Source: Eledone cirrhosa (lineage: Eukaryota). From it: a DNA stretch of 64,000 bases. The notes under the pieces are model-generated. The model did no database searches and was not told the origin of the DNA. It worked only from the letters and a program-made list of their open reading frames with translations. This document shows, piece by piece, positions 49,283 through 62,062 of this stretch. A program made the translations under genes and the position numbers. The stretch lies in the NCBI GenBank assembly GCA_964016885.1, contig OZ024741.1:374356001-374420000 (forward strand), in the 5' to 3' direction. Each line of letters opens with the position of its first letter. The stretch's first letter is position 1.

Positions 49283-52200
49283 ATGAAGACGTCGCATCTC
49301 AGAGTTGCAACACTTAATGTTGGCACTCTCAGAGGTAGGTCTGCTGAAATAGCGGAGATGCTGGAGAGAAGGCAGGTGGATGTGTGCTGCGTGCAAGAGG
49401 TGAGATGGAGGGGTGCCTCTGCGAGACTAGTCGTAGGCAAGCGTCTTAGCTATAAGCTATTCTGGGTAGGTAAGGATGATGGGTTAGGGGGAGTAGGCAT
49501 TTTCCTGGCTGAGAAATGGATCAATAAGACAATAGAGGTAGTTCGAGTTAGTAATCGAATAATTAAGCTTAGATTAGTTGTAGGTAGGAGACTACTGACA
49601 ATCATCTCGGTCTATGCTCCCTAAGCAGGCCTAGGCAAAGATGAGAAAGACTGCTTTTATGAGCAACTTTTGCAAACAACCACAATGACAGAGGACGGAG
49701 ACATCGTTATGCTAGCAGGAGACTTCAATGGTCATGTTGGACAGCTCCAGGATGGTTACACTGGGGTACATGGTGGGCACGGTTACGGTTCAAGAAATGA
49801 AGAAGGAGTGAGACTTCTTGAATTTTGTGATGCAAGTACATTGACTATTTGCAACACAAACTTCCAGAAACCTGCCAATCACCTAATAACCTACAAATCT
49901 GGTGAGCACATAAGCCAGATTGACTTCCTGCTAGTTAGGCAGCGGGACAGGCAGATAGTGTCTAATACCAAGGCATACCCTGGGGAAGAATGTACCCCAC
50001 AGCATAGGTTAGTTGTTAGTGATATCTCAGTAAGCAAGAGATGGAATGAGACATATAGGAAGGTGTGGAGAAGAAAGGTCTGGAAGCTAAAAGACCTTTC
50101 ACTAAAATTCAAATTTAGGAAAGCCCTTCAAGATGTATATGACGAAAAAGAAGACGATTTAGAGACGTATGACATAGATAATAACTGGAAGTTCTTACGT
50201 GACAACTTGCTGAAGGCTACTGATGAAACCTGTGGCTGGAGCAGAGCTCCAACCAGACAGAGAGTGACCTGGTGGTGGAACAGCAGTGTAGATAAGGCTA
50301 TTAGAGACAAAAGACTAGCATGGAAGGCTTGGAATAAGGGTGGGAGTAGGGAAGAATATACAGCCACTAAGAGAGAAGCTAGACGTCAGGTGTACTTAGC
50401 ACGCAGGGAGGCAGAGAGTAGGAGGTTTGCCAATGTTCTGCGACGGGAAGATCAGAGGCGTGCGGTGTTCCACATTGCAAGGCAGTGTGTCAATGCAAAT
50501 CAGGATGTTGTTGGTGATAAATGTGTCCGGGATGATGCCGGTGTACTTAGTGTCACGAATGACCAGAAAAAGGAGGCCTGGAAATGTCATTATGAGAAAC
50601 TGATGAATGTGGAGAACGAATGGGAGAGAGAGAAATTACCCTTGGTAGATCCGACAGAGGGACCAGCTATTGAGATTGACGAATATAGGGTCCAAGAGGC
50701 GATTAGGGAAATGAAAAATGGTAAGGCGGCCGGACCATCGGGAATAGTTGCTGAGATGCTGAAGGCATCAGGGGACGTAGGCACTAAACTGGTTGCACGC
50801 ATAATCAATCAGGCTATATATGGTGGTGTCATACCCAAAGACTGGTGCAGCAGTATTCTCATAAATTGCTACAAAGGTAAAGGGGATGCTTTGGAGAGGA
50901 GCAATTATAGGGGTATAAAACTGATAGATCAGGTTATGAAAGTGGCAGAAAGGATTCTAGCACAACTAATTAGAGAAAGGGTCAAACTAGATGAGATGCA
51001 GTTTGGTTTTGTGCCTGGGAAGAGTACAACAGATGCCCTCTTCTTGGTGAGACAAATGCAAGAGAGGTTCTTAGAGAAGAATAAGCCACTATACTTAGCC
51101 TTTGTTGACCTAGAGAAGGCCTTTGATAGGGTACCCCGATCTGTCATCTGGTGGTCCCTAAGGAAGCTGGGTGTTGAGGAATGGCTTGTAAGGACAGTGC
51201 AAACTTTGTACAGAGGTACTCTCAGTAAAGTCAGGGTAGGAATGGAGTTTAGTGAGGAATTCCAGATACAAGTAGGAGTACATCAGGGTTCGGTCCTCAG
51301 CCCGCTCTTGTTCATTATAGTCCTCCAAGCCATAACAGAGGAGTTTAAGACTGGCTGTCCATGGGAACTTCTCTATGCTGACGATCTGGCTCTTATGGCA
51401 GAATCAGTAGAGGAGCTAGAGAATAAATTCCGGCTATGGAAACAGCAGTTGGAAGCAAGAGGACTGAGAGTAAATCTAGCTAAGACAAAAGTGTTGATGA
51501 GTAGAAAAGAGGACAAAACCCTGATTCCGTCAGGGAAATGGCCATGTTCGATATGCAGAAAAGGAACTGGCATAAATTCTATAAAATGCACACAATGTAG
51601 GTCCTGGGTACACAAGAGATGTAGCGGGATAGCAGGCAAACTAACAGGTAGGGAGAAATATGTATGCAGTAGATGTACAGGGAAATTAGACAGTAGAAGT
51701 CGCACTGATAGACACATTTTTCAAATGCGAGAGGGCGCTATAGAAGTGGTGGATAGCTTCCGGTACCTAGGAGATCAGATTAGCATGGGAGGAGGGTGTT
51801 CCGAGGCCATAGTATCTAGAATAAGGACGGGTTGGAAGAAGTTTAGGGAGCTGCTTCCTCTGTTGACGAAGAAGGGTTTCTCCCTGCGTACGAAAGGCCG
51901 GTTGTATGATGCCTGTGTGAGGAGCGCGATGCTGCATGGTAGTGAGACATGGGCAGCTACCGCAGAAGATATGCGACGGCTGGAGAGAAATGAGGCAAGC
52001 ATGCTCCGTTGGATGTGCAGTGTAAATGTGCGTGAACGACCCAGCATAAATGTGTTGAGAGAGAAACTGTGTCTGAGAGGGATAGAATGTAGTGTACGGG
52101 AGAGGAGACTGAGGTGGTATGGACATGTGATGCGCATGGAGGATGACCGATGGGTGAAGAAGTGCCAGGAAATGCCAGTTGAAGGAAGACGTGGTAGAGG

Positions 52201-52367
52201 TAGACCACGAAAAACATGGGCGGAGGTGGTGAGAACAGACCTCAGATCATTGAAGCTCACGGTGGAGATGACGAGGGACCGTGACGAGTGGAGAGATGCT
52301 GTGCTGAATAAGACCCGTCCCACCCTTGCAAGCAGGGAAAAGCAGACGTAAAATGATGATGATGATG
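49283..52367 (+). mobile_element. Near full-length RTE-clade LINE (APE endonuclease + reverse transcriptase), one in-frame stop
   Basis: ORFs 49283-49624 and 49670-52351 are in the same frame, split only by TAA at 49622-49624 (YAP*). APE motifs TLNVGT, VQE, GDFN, IDF, QHRLV; RT motifs QFGF, FVDLEKAFDRV, QGSVLSP, YADD, YLG; RRLRWYGHV, RGRGRP; (ATG)n tail. Confidence 0.97.
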
Positions 52368-55300
52368 AGTACATGCTGTAAAAGTGGTTTGTAATAGGAA
52401 GAGCATCCAGCCATAGAAATCTTGCCAAACAAAGGGTTGGGAGGGCCCTTTAATTGTGGCAAGGATATGACAGCCTCCCTAGTGCTGGTGATCTACACTA
52501 TAAAATCACCCAGTACTCTATAAAGTGGTTGATGTTAGGAAGGGCATCCAGCCATAGAAATGTCAAAACAAAAAGAGGTTAGTGTCTAATACTAAGGGAA
52601 GTAATCATATACATCCACAATCTTAAAAATATATTAATCTACATTATAAACATGATAGGTTGTAATGTTGGTACTTGTTTCAACTTCTGGTTGAAAAGTG
52701 AACAGAAATTTTTTTTAGAACATAGCATATAGAAAATGATGTAGAATTATGTATGTGTATGGTGTTTAATATTAGATTATAAGTTGTTAATTGTAGGACA
52801 AGATATTGTGCCTTAGTGAAACCATGTTTAACAATGATTCGAGTATCTGAGTGGAATTCACATGAATATGAACGTAATTACGACTATTATTATCATCACC
52901 ATATGTCTATTTTCCATGCTTGTATGGGTTAGACGGACTGTCATATCTTGCTCCTACATTTCTTGTTTGGCTTGGTTTCTCTGGCTGGATTCCTTTCCTA
53001 TCGCCAACCACTTTACAGTGTAGACTTGGAACATTTTATTGTTGCATCAGCACTACCACTTTAGAGTGGGGAATTGGGTGCTTTTTACCATGGCGCCAAC
53101 ACTATTACCTTAAAAGTTGGACTAGGTGCTTTTTATCGTGGCACCAGCACTACCACCTTACATAGATACATACACTCTCACATATATATAGTATATATAT
53201 ATATGATTGTGATCTCAAGGTATTATGAAGCTAGTTGAACAAGTTTATTAGATGTTTGGAAATCAAATATTTAGTGGTTTAAGTTGCTGACTATGCAAAA
53301 TTGTAGTTGATTTTAAACAACTGACTATTTTAACCATTTCGATAGCAAGCCACCTGAAACCACCCTTGGTTCTAAGATGTAAAAGGGTTTATATTTATCT
53401 AAAAACCTCTCATTTTATGCAAACAACCATTGTTAAGTTATGCTCCTGTAATTATTTAGTAGAAAATGTCTAAAAACAGGTTTGTTAATTTAAATGTTTA
53501 TAGTAATTTTTACGGGTGATTGTGAAAGTTTGCAATAAACTAAAGACTTTAGTTTTTAATATGATGCAGTCATAATGATGTTTTGTACTTTTCAAGAATA
53601 TCTAGCTAATACGGTTTCATGCTGAACAAGATGTTCAGAGTCAATAATGAGAATGTTAGGTCTATTACTAGTTCCTTCAAATTCTTGAACCACATTGTCA
53701 GTCTCTTTTAATAGAAATATGGAATTGAAAGGGTTAAACAATCTAGCTATACTTTTGCGATTGGGAAGAAGCAGCAATAATATTCCAGACTCTGCATAAA
53801 TCTTGTATATATGAATTTGTGTACACTTGTGAATACACATGAAAATTTATATTCATATGAAATCAATTATTTTTCTGTTGATTTTTTTTTTTTTTTTTTT
53901 TTCTTTAGAGCATGCCTATTATTTTTATAGTGCTATCTGAAAAATATTGTTTTATTTCAGATTTATGAATCCTTTATTATATATATATCTATATATATTT
54001 TCTTTTCTTGATGGGCTTCACCATCCTACTCCTGTTGCATGTTATTTCATTGCAGCATTACATGGTATTCCCCTAACCCTGGCGGTGGCAAAACCAGTTG
54101 TGGCAGCAGTGATTCGAGTCAAGAGACTGTCTACCACTATTCTAATGGGTAAGACAGTTGGTTCCATATAGTACCTGTCCAACATAAGTATCTTGATATC
54201 CTGGTACTAGTAAATAGTTTGTGCTGTTGCTAGTAACATCTTAAATGTAGACTTCTGTAGGTTTTCAGTGTGGACATTAGTTTTATGCTATCACTAATTC
54301 AAAATATTTGAAACCATCATGTTACTGTGTGATAATTGACAAGTTAAGCAGAGAGGCAATCTAGATGTAAGAGTATTCTTGGAATAAGTCACTGATTATA
54401 AAACTGTAGTTTCTTATTCGCTAAGGGAAGAATAGATGTACCTCTGAGAAAGACAAATTAATATTGAAATCCCAAGCGATAGTGAAAAAAGGGGATATTT
54501 TTGTCTTTAATTTTTACATTATAACCAATGGGAAATTATAAATCCCTGATATTCTTGTTTAATAAAATTTAAAATGTTATTGTTGTGTCAATGGAGGAGC
54601 GTCTATATTGTCGCTTTATTTACTAGAGATATCAGCCACACCTCCCTCATCCTACCTATCCTATTAAAAAAGGAAGGACACATTGGATGATGTAGTCCTA
54701 GATACTCCTAAATAAATTGGATGGCTATAGCTGGAATACCTTTAATTATATGTCTGCTCAATCAAAGTTGAACTGGTGCTGAATAACAATAAATAGTTTC
54801 ATTCCTGGTTTTCATTATCAATGTTGACATAATGAAAGGTAGTGTGAGTGAAATTGTGGAGATGATGGCTTGATGTATGCTGTGTGCAAGATATGCAATG
54901 GAGAGGAGCTTTAGCTAGACTTCTTACAGGGAAAAACCCATCCATACAAACTCTTATGGACAGGTAACAACGAAGGGTTTAGGTGGAGTAGGCATGATGT
55001 TAATAGAGAGGTGGGTAGAAGAATTTGACAGAATTTTGAAACTTAGCCTGGTTATAGGTAATACAGCAACTATATTAATTAGTTTGTAATTAGTAGTTTT
55101 TTAAATTATTTAAAATAAATTCTTTTTACATCTGCCTTTCTATATTGTATTGTTGCTGCAAGTGTTTTTTGTACCAGGACTCTTCTTCATATAATAATGG
55201 AAATTGGGGTCATGACTCTCATCATCATTTAACTTTTGTTTTCCCTGCTAGCAAGGGTTGGATGGGGTCATAATAGACCAAACCAGTACTTAAATTAGAG

Positions 55301-55932
55301 CTACTGAGCTCTCAGACAAGCCAGGGACTTGTTTCTTACTTGTGTTCTCACACTCTACAGAGTGCAGCAGGTACATTTTATTGTCACCAGCTCTAGGAAG
55401 GTTTTCCTCTCTTCGACATAGCTGAACAGTCTTCCCAACCTTTTGCATTTGCTAATGTCAACATATGTTCAGTTAGCCACCATTTCTGTTATCTTTTTCT
55501 ATTTTCATTATGTTTATGAACTGAACTGAATAGAACTTGTTGGTTAAGGGAGAGTAATGTGCTTTCATGAAATTGAGATCATCCAACTAAATCTTAATTT
55601 TTTTATACTTAACCACCCATTGGCTCTCAAATACAAAACTTTTTGTTTTGAAGTGTTTGTATTTATTTAAAAAAAATAACCTTCCATCATAATTTTATGT
55701 GAGAACCTTTTGTTAAGCTATATTCCAAACAATATCTTAATAATGGTAATTTTCAAACCTATTTGGAAATCTTAAGCAGTGCCTTTTATATTGAAATATT
55801 GTAATAAAAGGGTTAAAAAGGGTTAATACAATAAAACTGATGTTGTTAACCCCACGTTTTCCCTAATCTAGTAGGCCTATAATATTCAAAATCATTTCAG
55901 CCATGGCCATCCTGTTTTATCTTCACATATAT

Positions 55933-56260
55933 GAAGGCACATGGCTTAGTGGTTAGAGCATTGGCCTTGCAATCGAAAGGTTGTGAGTTCAATTCTCAGA
56001 CTGGGTGATGTGTTGTTTCCTTGAGCAAGACACTTTATTTCACATTGCTCCAGTTTACTCAGCTGTAGAAATGAGATGATAGGGACTGGGGTCCATATCA
56101 TTCCACTGCAAAGTGGTCGTGGAGGTGCCACGGCATAAAAGCACCCACCACTCACTGTAAATGAGGTTGGTGTTAGGAAGGGCATCCAGCTGTAGAAATC
56201 AAGCCAGAATCAGTTTCCGTCCCACCCTTGCAAGCAGGGAAAAGTGGACGTAAAATGAAA
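55933..56260 (+). mobile_element. tRNA-derived SINE, near-identical to 2714-3048 (related heads at 5468, 8280, 36450, 57720, 60770)
   Basis: Same A/B boxes, body and RTE tail. Confidence 0.9.
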
Positions 56261-59070
56261 TGAATATAGTGTATGTATTTAGGATTACATTATTCAATGT
56301 ATTCTTTCTTTTCTGAGATAGTCAAGTGGGATTTGAGGTACATGTTGCTGCTAATTACTTCTAGCAAGTTGAGCAATCATGTAAAACTGTTATTTAGTTA
56401 TTTATCAGGTCTGGAATTAATGAGAACGTGAACAAGATTAAAGTATTACTAGTGGAATTTTCTAAAACCCAATCTTGACCATGTTTTAAGGGAGATATAT
56501 AAAGGTATGTAGTTGAATATCACCGTGCATGCAGCCTGACCATATGCTTAATGAGTTCATTTTGCAATCACTAGGTCCTGGGTTAAATCCCACTGCGTGA
56601 CAGAGACAGAAACTGTTTAGAAGCCAGTGGCTGGACTATACTGCCTGTCATTCAAAAGGTCAACCTTGTCACACACGCACACTGTGTCATGCTGAGTCTC
56701 TCTGAGAATTACATTAAGAGAATGTGAGTTTGTGAAATTCTTGGCCATTTCGATATTAATTTCATGAGCGGCTGTTCACTTGATTGAACAACTGGAACAT
56801 TTATTGTCGGAACCGATGGAGGTCCATTCCATGAATATCATAATTATTCAGGTCTGACAATAAACTCAGTGAAGGTATAGAGAGCTGATACACATCAGTT
56901 ACAACTTGGATTTTAAGGTCATTTTCCCTGTTAATCATTCTGATACCAAATCACCTGAAATTGCCTGTTTGTTTTAAAGTGTTTAAATTTACCTAGAAAC
57001 CTATCATTATCTTATGAAAGAACCTTTGTTAAGCTATGTTCCAAAGTTAGTTACATTAATAAATCCCTCCAATTTCATGGTTATGTTTTAAATTATTTGA
57101 AACACATAAGCAGTGTCTTTTGGAAATTATCATCATCATTGTTTAATGTCTATCTTCACGCTAGCATGGGTTAGATGGGTTTGTCCCATTTGAGGCAAGT
57201 TTGGTCGGGTGTCTGACCGCTTGTATAGGGCTGTTTCTGGCCGGTTTTCTACGGATGCTCTTCCTAACGCCAACCACATTTCCAGTGTGTGTTGGGTGCT
57301 ATTAGCTATGTCTCCTACACAATCACTTTACAGTGTGGACGAGGTACTTTTTGTCATAACACCTACACGACCACTTTACAGTGTGGGAGGGAGGTGTAGG
57401 GTGTAATATGGTAACATATTTTTATGGCAATCTGTCCACAAGTAAAGATACTATAATCAATTGAATCAACAAACCCATTTTAAAACATTTTCTGTTAATT
57501 CAATACAGGATGTTAATAGTTAAAACATTTGTTGCTCTATGCATTGATTAATCCCATATATATGAATGTATTACCATTATGTCATAATAAGCTATTTTAA
57601 TTAATTCTTATATTACAAAAGTAACTCTAGTAGCAAATGTTTGATTATATTTTTAATTATTTGAAGTGTGTCTCGGGATTTGCGTTGTAAAAATGTAGGC
57701 TATTTTAATTTGTATCCATACATGGCTTAGTGGTTAGGGTTTTCAGCTCAGTCATAAGTTGTGAGTTTGATTCCCAACTCTGTGTTGTATCCTTATGCAA
57801 GACACTTTATTTTGTGTTGCTCCAGTTCACCCAGCTAACAAATATGAGTTGTACCTCTAATTCAAAGAGCCAGCTTGCCATATACTGTGTCACATTGAAT
57901 CTCCCAGAGAACTACATTAAGGGTGCATGTGTCTGTGGAATCTTGGACATGTTAATTTCATGAACTATTTGTTCCATTACTGGATCAATTGAAAGACATA
58001 TTTCTAAACTATTGAATACGGCTATTAAATTTTTAAACATATCTGTAAATGTGGTTGGTTGGTGTTAGGAAGGGCATCCAGCTGTAAAATACCCGGCCAA
58101 ATTTACAGGTGCAGCATGGCCAACTCTGGCCAGACTTGTCTCCCAGAGTGGACAATTTGTCTAACCCATGCAAGCTTGGAAAAGTGGATGCTAAATGGTG
58201 ATGATGATTTCAACTAGATTAAAGTTTTAGATATATTAAAATGGAAAAGTCACATGATATTTAATCCAGGTGTTGTGCAATGAATTTTTTTTGTTATGGT
58301 TTCTGCTGGAATTCCTTTTTGTTAATTCTATGATTTGTGTTCACTGTTTATTTTTAAATCAATATTTTTTGTTTTAGTTCCATCGAAATAATATTTCTAT
58401 TAATATAGTTGTGGTGCCGAAAAGAATGACTATTTCAATTTACACTCATTGAACTTGATTTTAATTTCAGATTCTATAGATTCATTTTAAAATTTGTCTC
58501 TTTTTTTTTGGTGGTGGTGGTGGTGGTGGGGGGGGGGGGGGTGCTGGTAGTGAGGGTGGGTGAGTTCATTTGAACCATTTGCTTCCTATCGGTCGCTGTT
58601 GGGAAAATATCAAAGTTCTGAAGAGAAGATAGAATGGACTTGTTTCTACTCAGTTTAATTTCAATTTTGTGAGTGTATAATAATAACTGTTTTAGCCTGT
58701 ATTTGTAACTATTTATTCATTACTCTTCTCAGCTCTTCTTTAATCACAGGTACTTTTTAATGATATTTAGATATAATAGTTTCTAATTTTTGGTACAAGG
58801 CCAGTAATTTGAAGGGAATGGTTAAGTCGATTAAATCAGCCCCCAGTGTTACTGGTATTTTATTTTATCGACCCCCTGAAGAATGTAAGGCAAAGTTGAC
58901 TCTGGGGGATTTGAATTCAGAATGTAAATGGCTGGAAGGAAATACTGCATTTTGTCTGAAGTCCTACTGATACTGCTAAATAATAATAATATTAATAGTG
59001 TTAGTGTTTGTAGCTATTACATTCCACTTGAACATAGAAGCATCAAGCAAATAATTTAAACAATATATAT

Positions 59071-59148
59071 TCATTTTATTAAGGCTAAATAGTGAGTCAG
59101 GTGAAACTCCAGAGTAACAAGACTCACTATTTAGCCATAATAAGATGA
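59071..59148. repeat. 28-bp-stem hairpin (MITE-like)
   Basis: TCATTTTATTAAGGCTAAATAGTGAGTC / GACTCACTATTTAGCCATAATAAGATGA, 2 mismatches, 22-nt loop. Confidence 0.85.
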
Positions 59149-60487
59149 TTAAAACTCTATTTTGGTATTGAATACTTCTTTCTCTCAGCTGTCAACCACA
59201 TATGGATATATATATTGTGTGTGTGTTATTTGAAATTGTTGGTTTAGAACTAACCTGTTTTTTAGAGTAAGATTTGTATTTTATCAATATCAGCATTTTT
59301 AAATGAGAATTTCATACTAATTAGGGAATTTAAGTTGGTTTCTTATCTAGACCACTTTTATAGTATTTATTACCATAATAATTCATAAATATGAATGAAA
59401 TATTTGTGAATACAAGGTAAATACTTTTCACAATTATAATAATCTGTTTATTTAGCTAAATGCTGTTAACATGATTATTATATACTTATTTTTTATTGTT
59501 TCTACTACTGTATAATAATACTGTTTTAATCATAGGTGGTTTTTAATTGCATTTAACTATTAACATCCTGTAATGATTAACAGAAAATATCTGAAATCAG
59601 TCTGTTGATTCAAATATTTATAGTATTTTTTTATAAGTGGTTAGATCATTGTGATTCAGTCAGAATGTTGTTTCGTAATTTTCAAGAATGTCTCTCCAAT
59701 GTGGTGTCACGTGGTATAGCATGTTAAGAATAAATTTCAGATATAATAATAATGATAATACTATTTGTAGTTGGAAAGCTGTTCACTGATAACTGTAGGT
59801 CTTTGATAGTATTTGTTTCTCACTAAATCCTCTGCACATAACAGGGATCAAACTATTGAGTTATTGTTTGAGATAGGCATTTCTAGCTAGGAGCTTTTGA
59901 CAAATTGGGGAGAATTGCTGTCGTTTGCCACTAGGTGGTGTGATGCATAGGCAAAGTAACTATATTTGGGTTCTTTATGGTCTTTAACTTCTTTCATTAA
60001 TGCAAAATGATTTCTATTGTCTAAAATCAATATATAGGATAGTTGACTGACCCATTAGTTGTGTGTTCACACTGGGGAAAGTTGTTGTCTTGTATGTGAT
60101 TTATTCAGTTTTCTGTGGCACTAACATTTATTTCAATATACAGAGCTGGAGAATAAGAAGCAGACCAACTTCATAGGGTGATTGGCACTATCAAGAAGAT
60201 TTAGCTGTAAAAAAAAAAAAGCACTTTTTTGATTTTGCAGCACAAGCTATCCATAGGACTGAAACTATGGATTTAAAAATAGTTTTCAAAAGCTAATGTA
60301 GCAACCCCAAGAAGAAATACAGCTATAACTCTGCTTATCTTATTCTAAATAATTTTGTTTATTGAAAACTTTTCCTTTGAGATTTCTAAAATTTAGTCTC
60401 TGATACAGGTCTTTCATTGCTGATAATATTCTTTTATTAATCTGATCAGTGTTTACTTACATTCTTATCATTTTAATTATATTTTAG

Positions 60488-60557
60488 TTCGGATGCTCTT
60501 CAACAGAATGAAATTCGTGAATTTGAAAGGAATGAAGAAAGGTTTCGATTTTTGAAG
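60488..60557 (+). CDS. ACO1: ACO1/IRP1 exon 5
   Basis: (S)SDALQQNEIREFERNEERFRFLK; TAG / GTAAAT; phase 2 entry matches exon 4. Confidence 0.95.
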
Positions 60558-60932
60558 GTAAATAGATATTTCTCGTATTTGTTTTCATTCTTGTAGTTAT
60601 ATGTTATGGATTACTATGTATAGAGGACACAATATTCTGTTAGTTTCAATGATGAACATTCAGTTGTTTGATCAACTGAGTGTCTGGCTAATGGATTAGC
60701 ATGTATTTTGATCTCTGTATATATAGTGTCATGCAAACTAACAAAATGATGGTTTGAGATGTAGATGCAGGCATGGTTGTGTGGTTAAGGATTTCACATC
60801 CCAACTAGTAATTTTGGTTTCAGTTCCACTGTATGGCTGGCACCTTGGGCAAGCATCTTTTATTTTAGCCATAGGCTAACCAATGCCTTATGTGTGAATT
60901 TAGTGGACAACTCTGAATAAATTTATAAAATT

Positions 60933-61148
60933 TTAACCCTTTAGTGTTCAAACCGGCCAGAATTCTCTACCTTTTTCTGTTGAAACTGGCTGTAACTGGT
61001 CACTCAAACTGGTGTTAAGGTATTGTTCTCAAAATAAATACTTTCAAAATCTCATAGATTCGATATTATGTGAGATAATTATGAGAGATAGCATTTATCA
61101 TGAAAATATAATAGTATATATAAAGTAATGTGAATGCTAAAGAGTTAA
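60933..61148. mobile_element. piggyBac MITE family A (partial copies also at 5853-6061, 35950-36062, 63050-63133)
   Basis: TTAA TSDs, diverged TIRs, same internal sequence; ends 76 nt before ACO1 exon 6. Confidence 0.85.
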
Positions 61149-61224
61149 ATACACTTAATTTGTTTGTTTTAAATGTTTATGTATTTTTATATTTGGTTAC
61201 TGACATTTTTGAATTTATTTTCAG

Positions 61225-61408
61225 TGGGGTTCTATTGCCTTGGAGAACATGCAGATTATACCCCCAGGTTCTGGTATTGTACATCAAGTGAATTTAGAAT
61301 ATCTTGCCAGAGTCGTTTTCAATACTGATGGTTTACTGTACCCTGATTCAGTAGTTGGCACTGATTCTCATACCACTATGGTCAATGGCCTTGGTGTAGT
61401 AGGCTGGG
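61225..61408 (+). CDS. ACO1: ACO1/IRP1 exon 6 (gene continues beyond window)
   Basis: [32 protein letters not shown]...[23 protein letters not shown] includes the aconitase active-site HQ and DSHT motifs; CAG / GTAAGT. Confidence 0.97.
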
Positions 61409-61447
61409 GTAAGTTTCTTAACCAAAAATCTTGTCAGTTGTTAGACA

Positions 61448-62062
61448 TTGACTCTTAACGTCCTGTACCACACAAAACCACATTAGCAAGATATTCCTGA
61501 AAGGTACTCAACAAACACTTTGACTGCATCACATTAAAAATGAAAGTTTTTACTTTAGTTAGCAGCAAATGTTCATTATGATCTGTTCACTAGTAAAGGT
61601 ACTCTAAATATTTAGATAAATTTTAGAAAGGTCATGTTGCCAATAAAAACACATGCACCAACTGAATTTCACTTCAGTTTTATTAGAAGTTAGATAACTA
61701 ACTCATTCCTCAGTTAGTTTAGTAACTGGATGGTTATTTAGTTATTAAAAAGACGAGATGAAGTAAATATAAATCAAAACAAGGAGGAGATACAGAGGAG
61801 CAAGAGAAGGTGACAGATTATGTGACAAAAGAGCTGTGACAATTAAATAACCATCTAGTTACTAAACTAACTGGTGGGTGGCTTAGTTACTTGACTCGTT
61901 ATAAAAGTGAAGTGAACCTCAACTGGTATGTATGATTTTTATTGGCAGCCTGAAATATAACAATATCTGTTTAAAATTATGATTTCACTTCAATAATCTT
62001 TCAAAACAAATACAAAAACGAAGTTTTTAGTTAAACCCTTATTTCAGGATGTTAGGAGTTAT
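61448..62062. mobile_element. Third TIR element family (ACTCTTAAC(A/G)TCCTG ends); fragments near 35843, 44660, 53573, 59553
   Basis: Left ACTCTTAACGTCCTG and right CAGGATGTTAGGAGT are imperfect inverted repeats; the left-end sequence recurs elsewhere after TTA. Confidence 0.55.
61632..61958. repeat. Diverged inverted repeat, arms ~61632-61743 and ~61841-61958
   Basis: AGTTAGTTTAGTAACTGGATGGTTATTTA / TAAATAACCATCTAGTTACTAAACTAACT; related to 35040-35180. Confidence 0.75.

Noticed and set aside
49622-49624. Rescue of the RTE stop codon by A-to-I editing
   Set aside because: TAA needs two edits to give Trp and no local duplex was seen; a simple C>T mutation explains it.
51373-52462. Antisense ORFs over the RTE copies (also 10690-12391)
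   Set aside because: Shadow frames of the RT coding strand with no recognisable domains.
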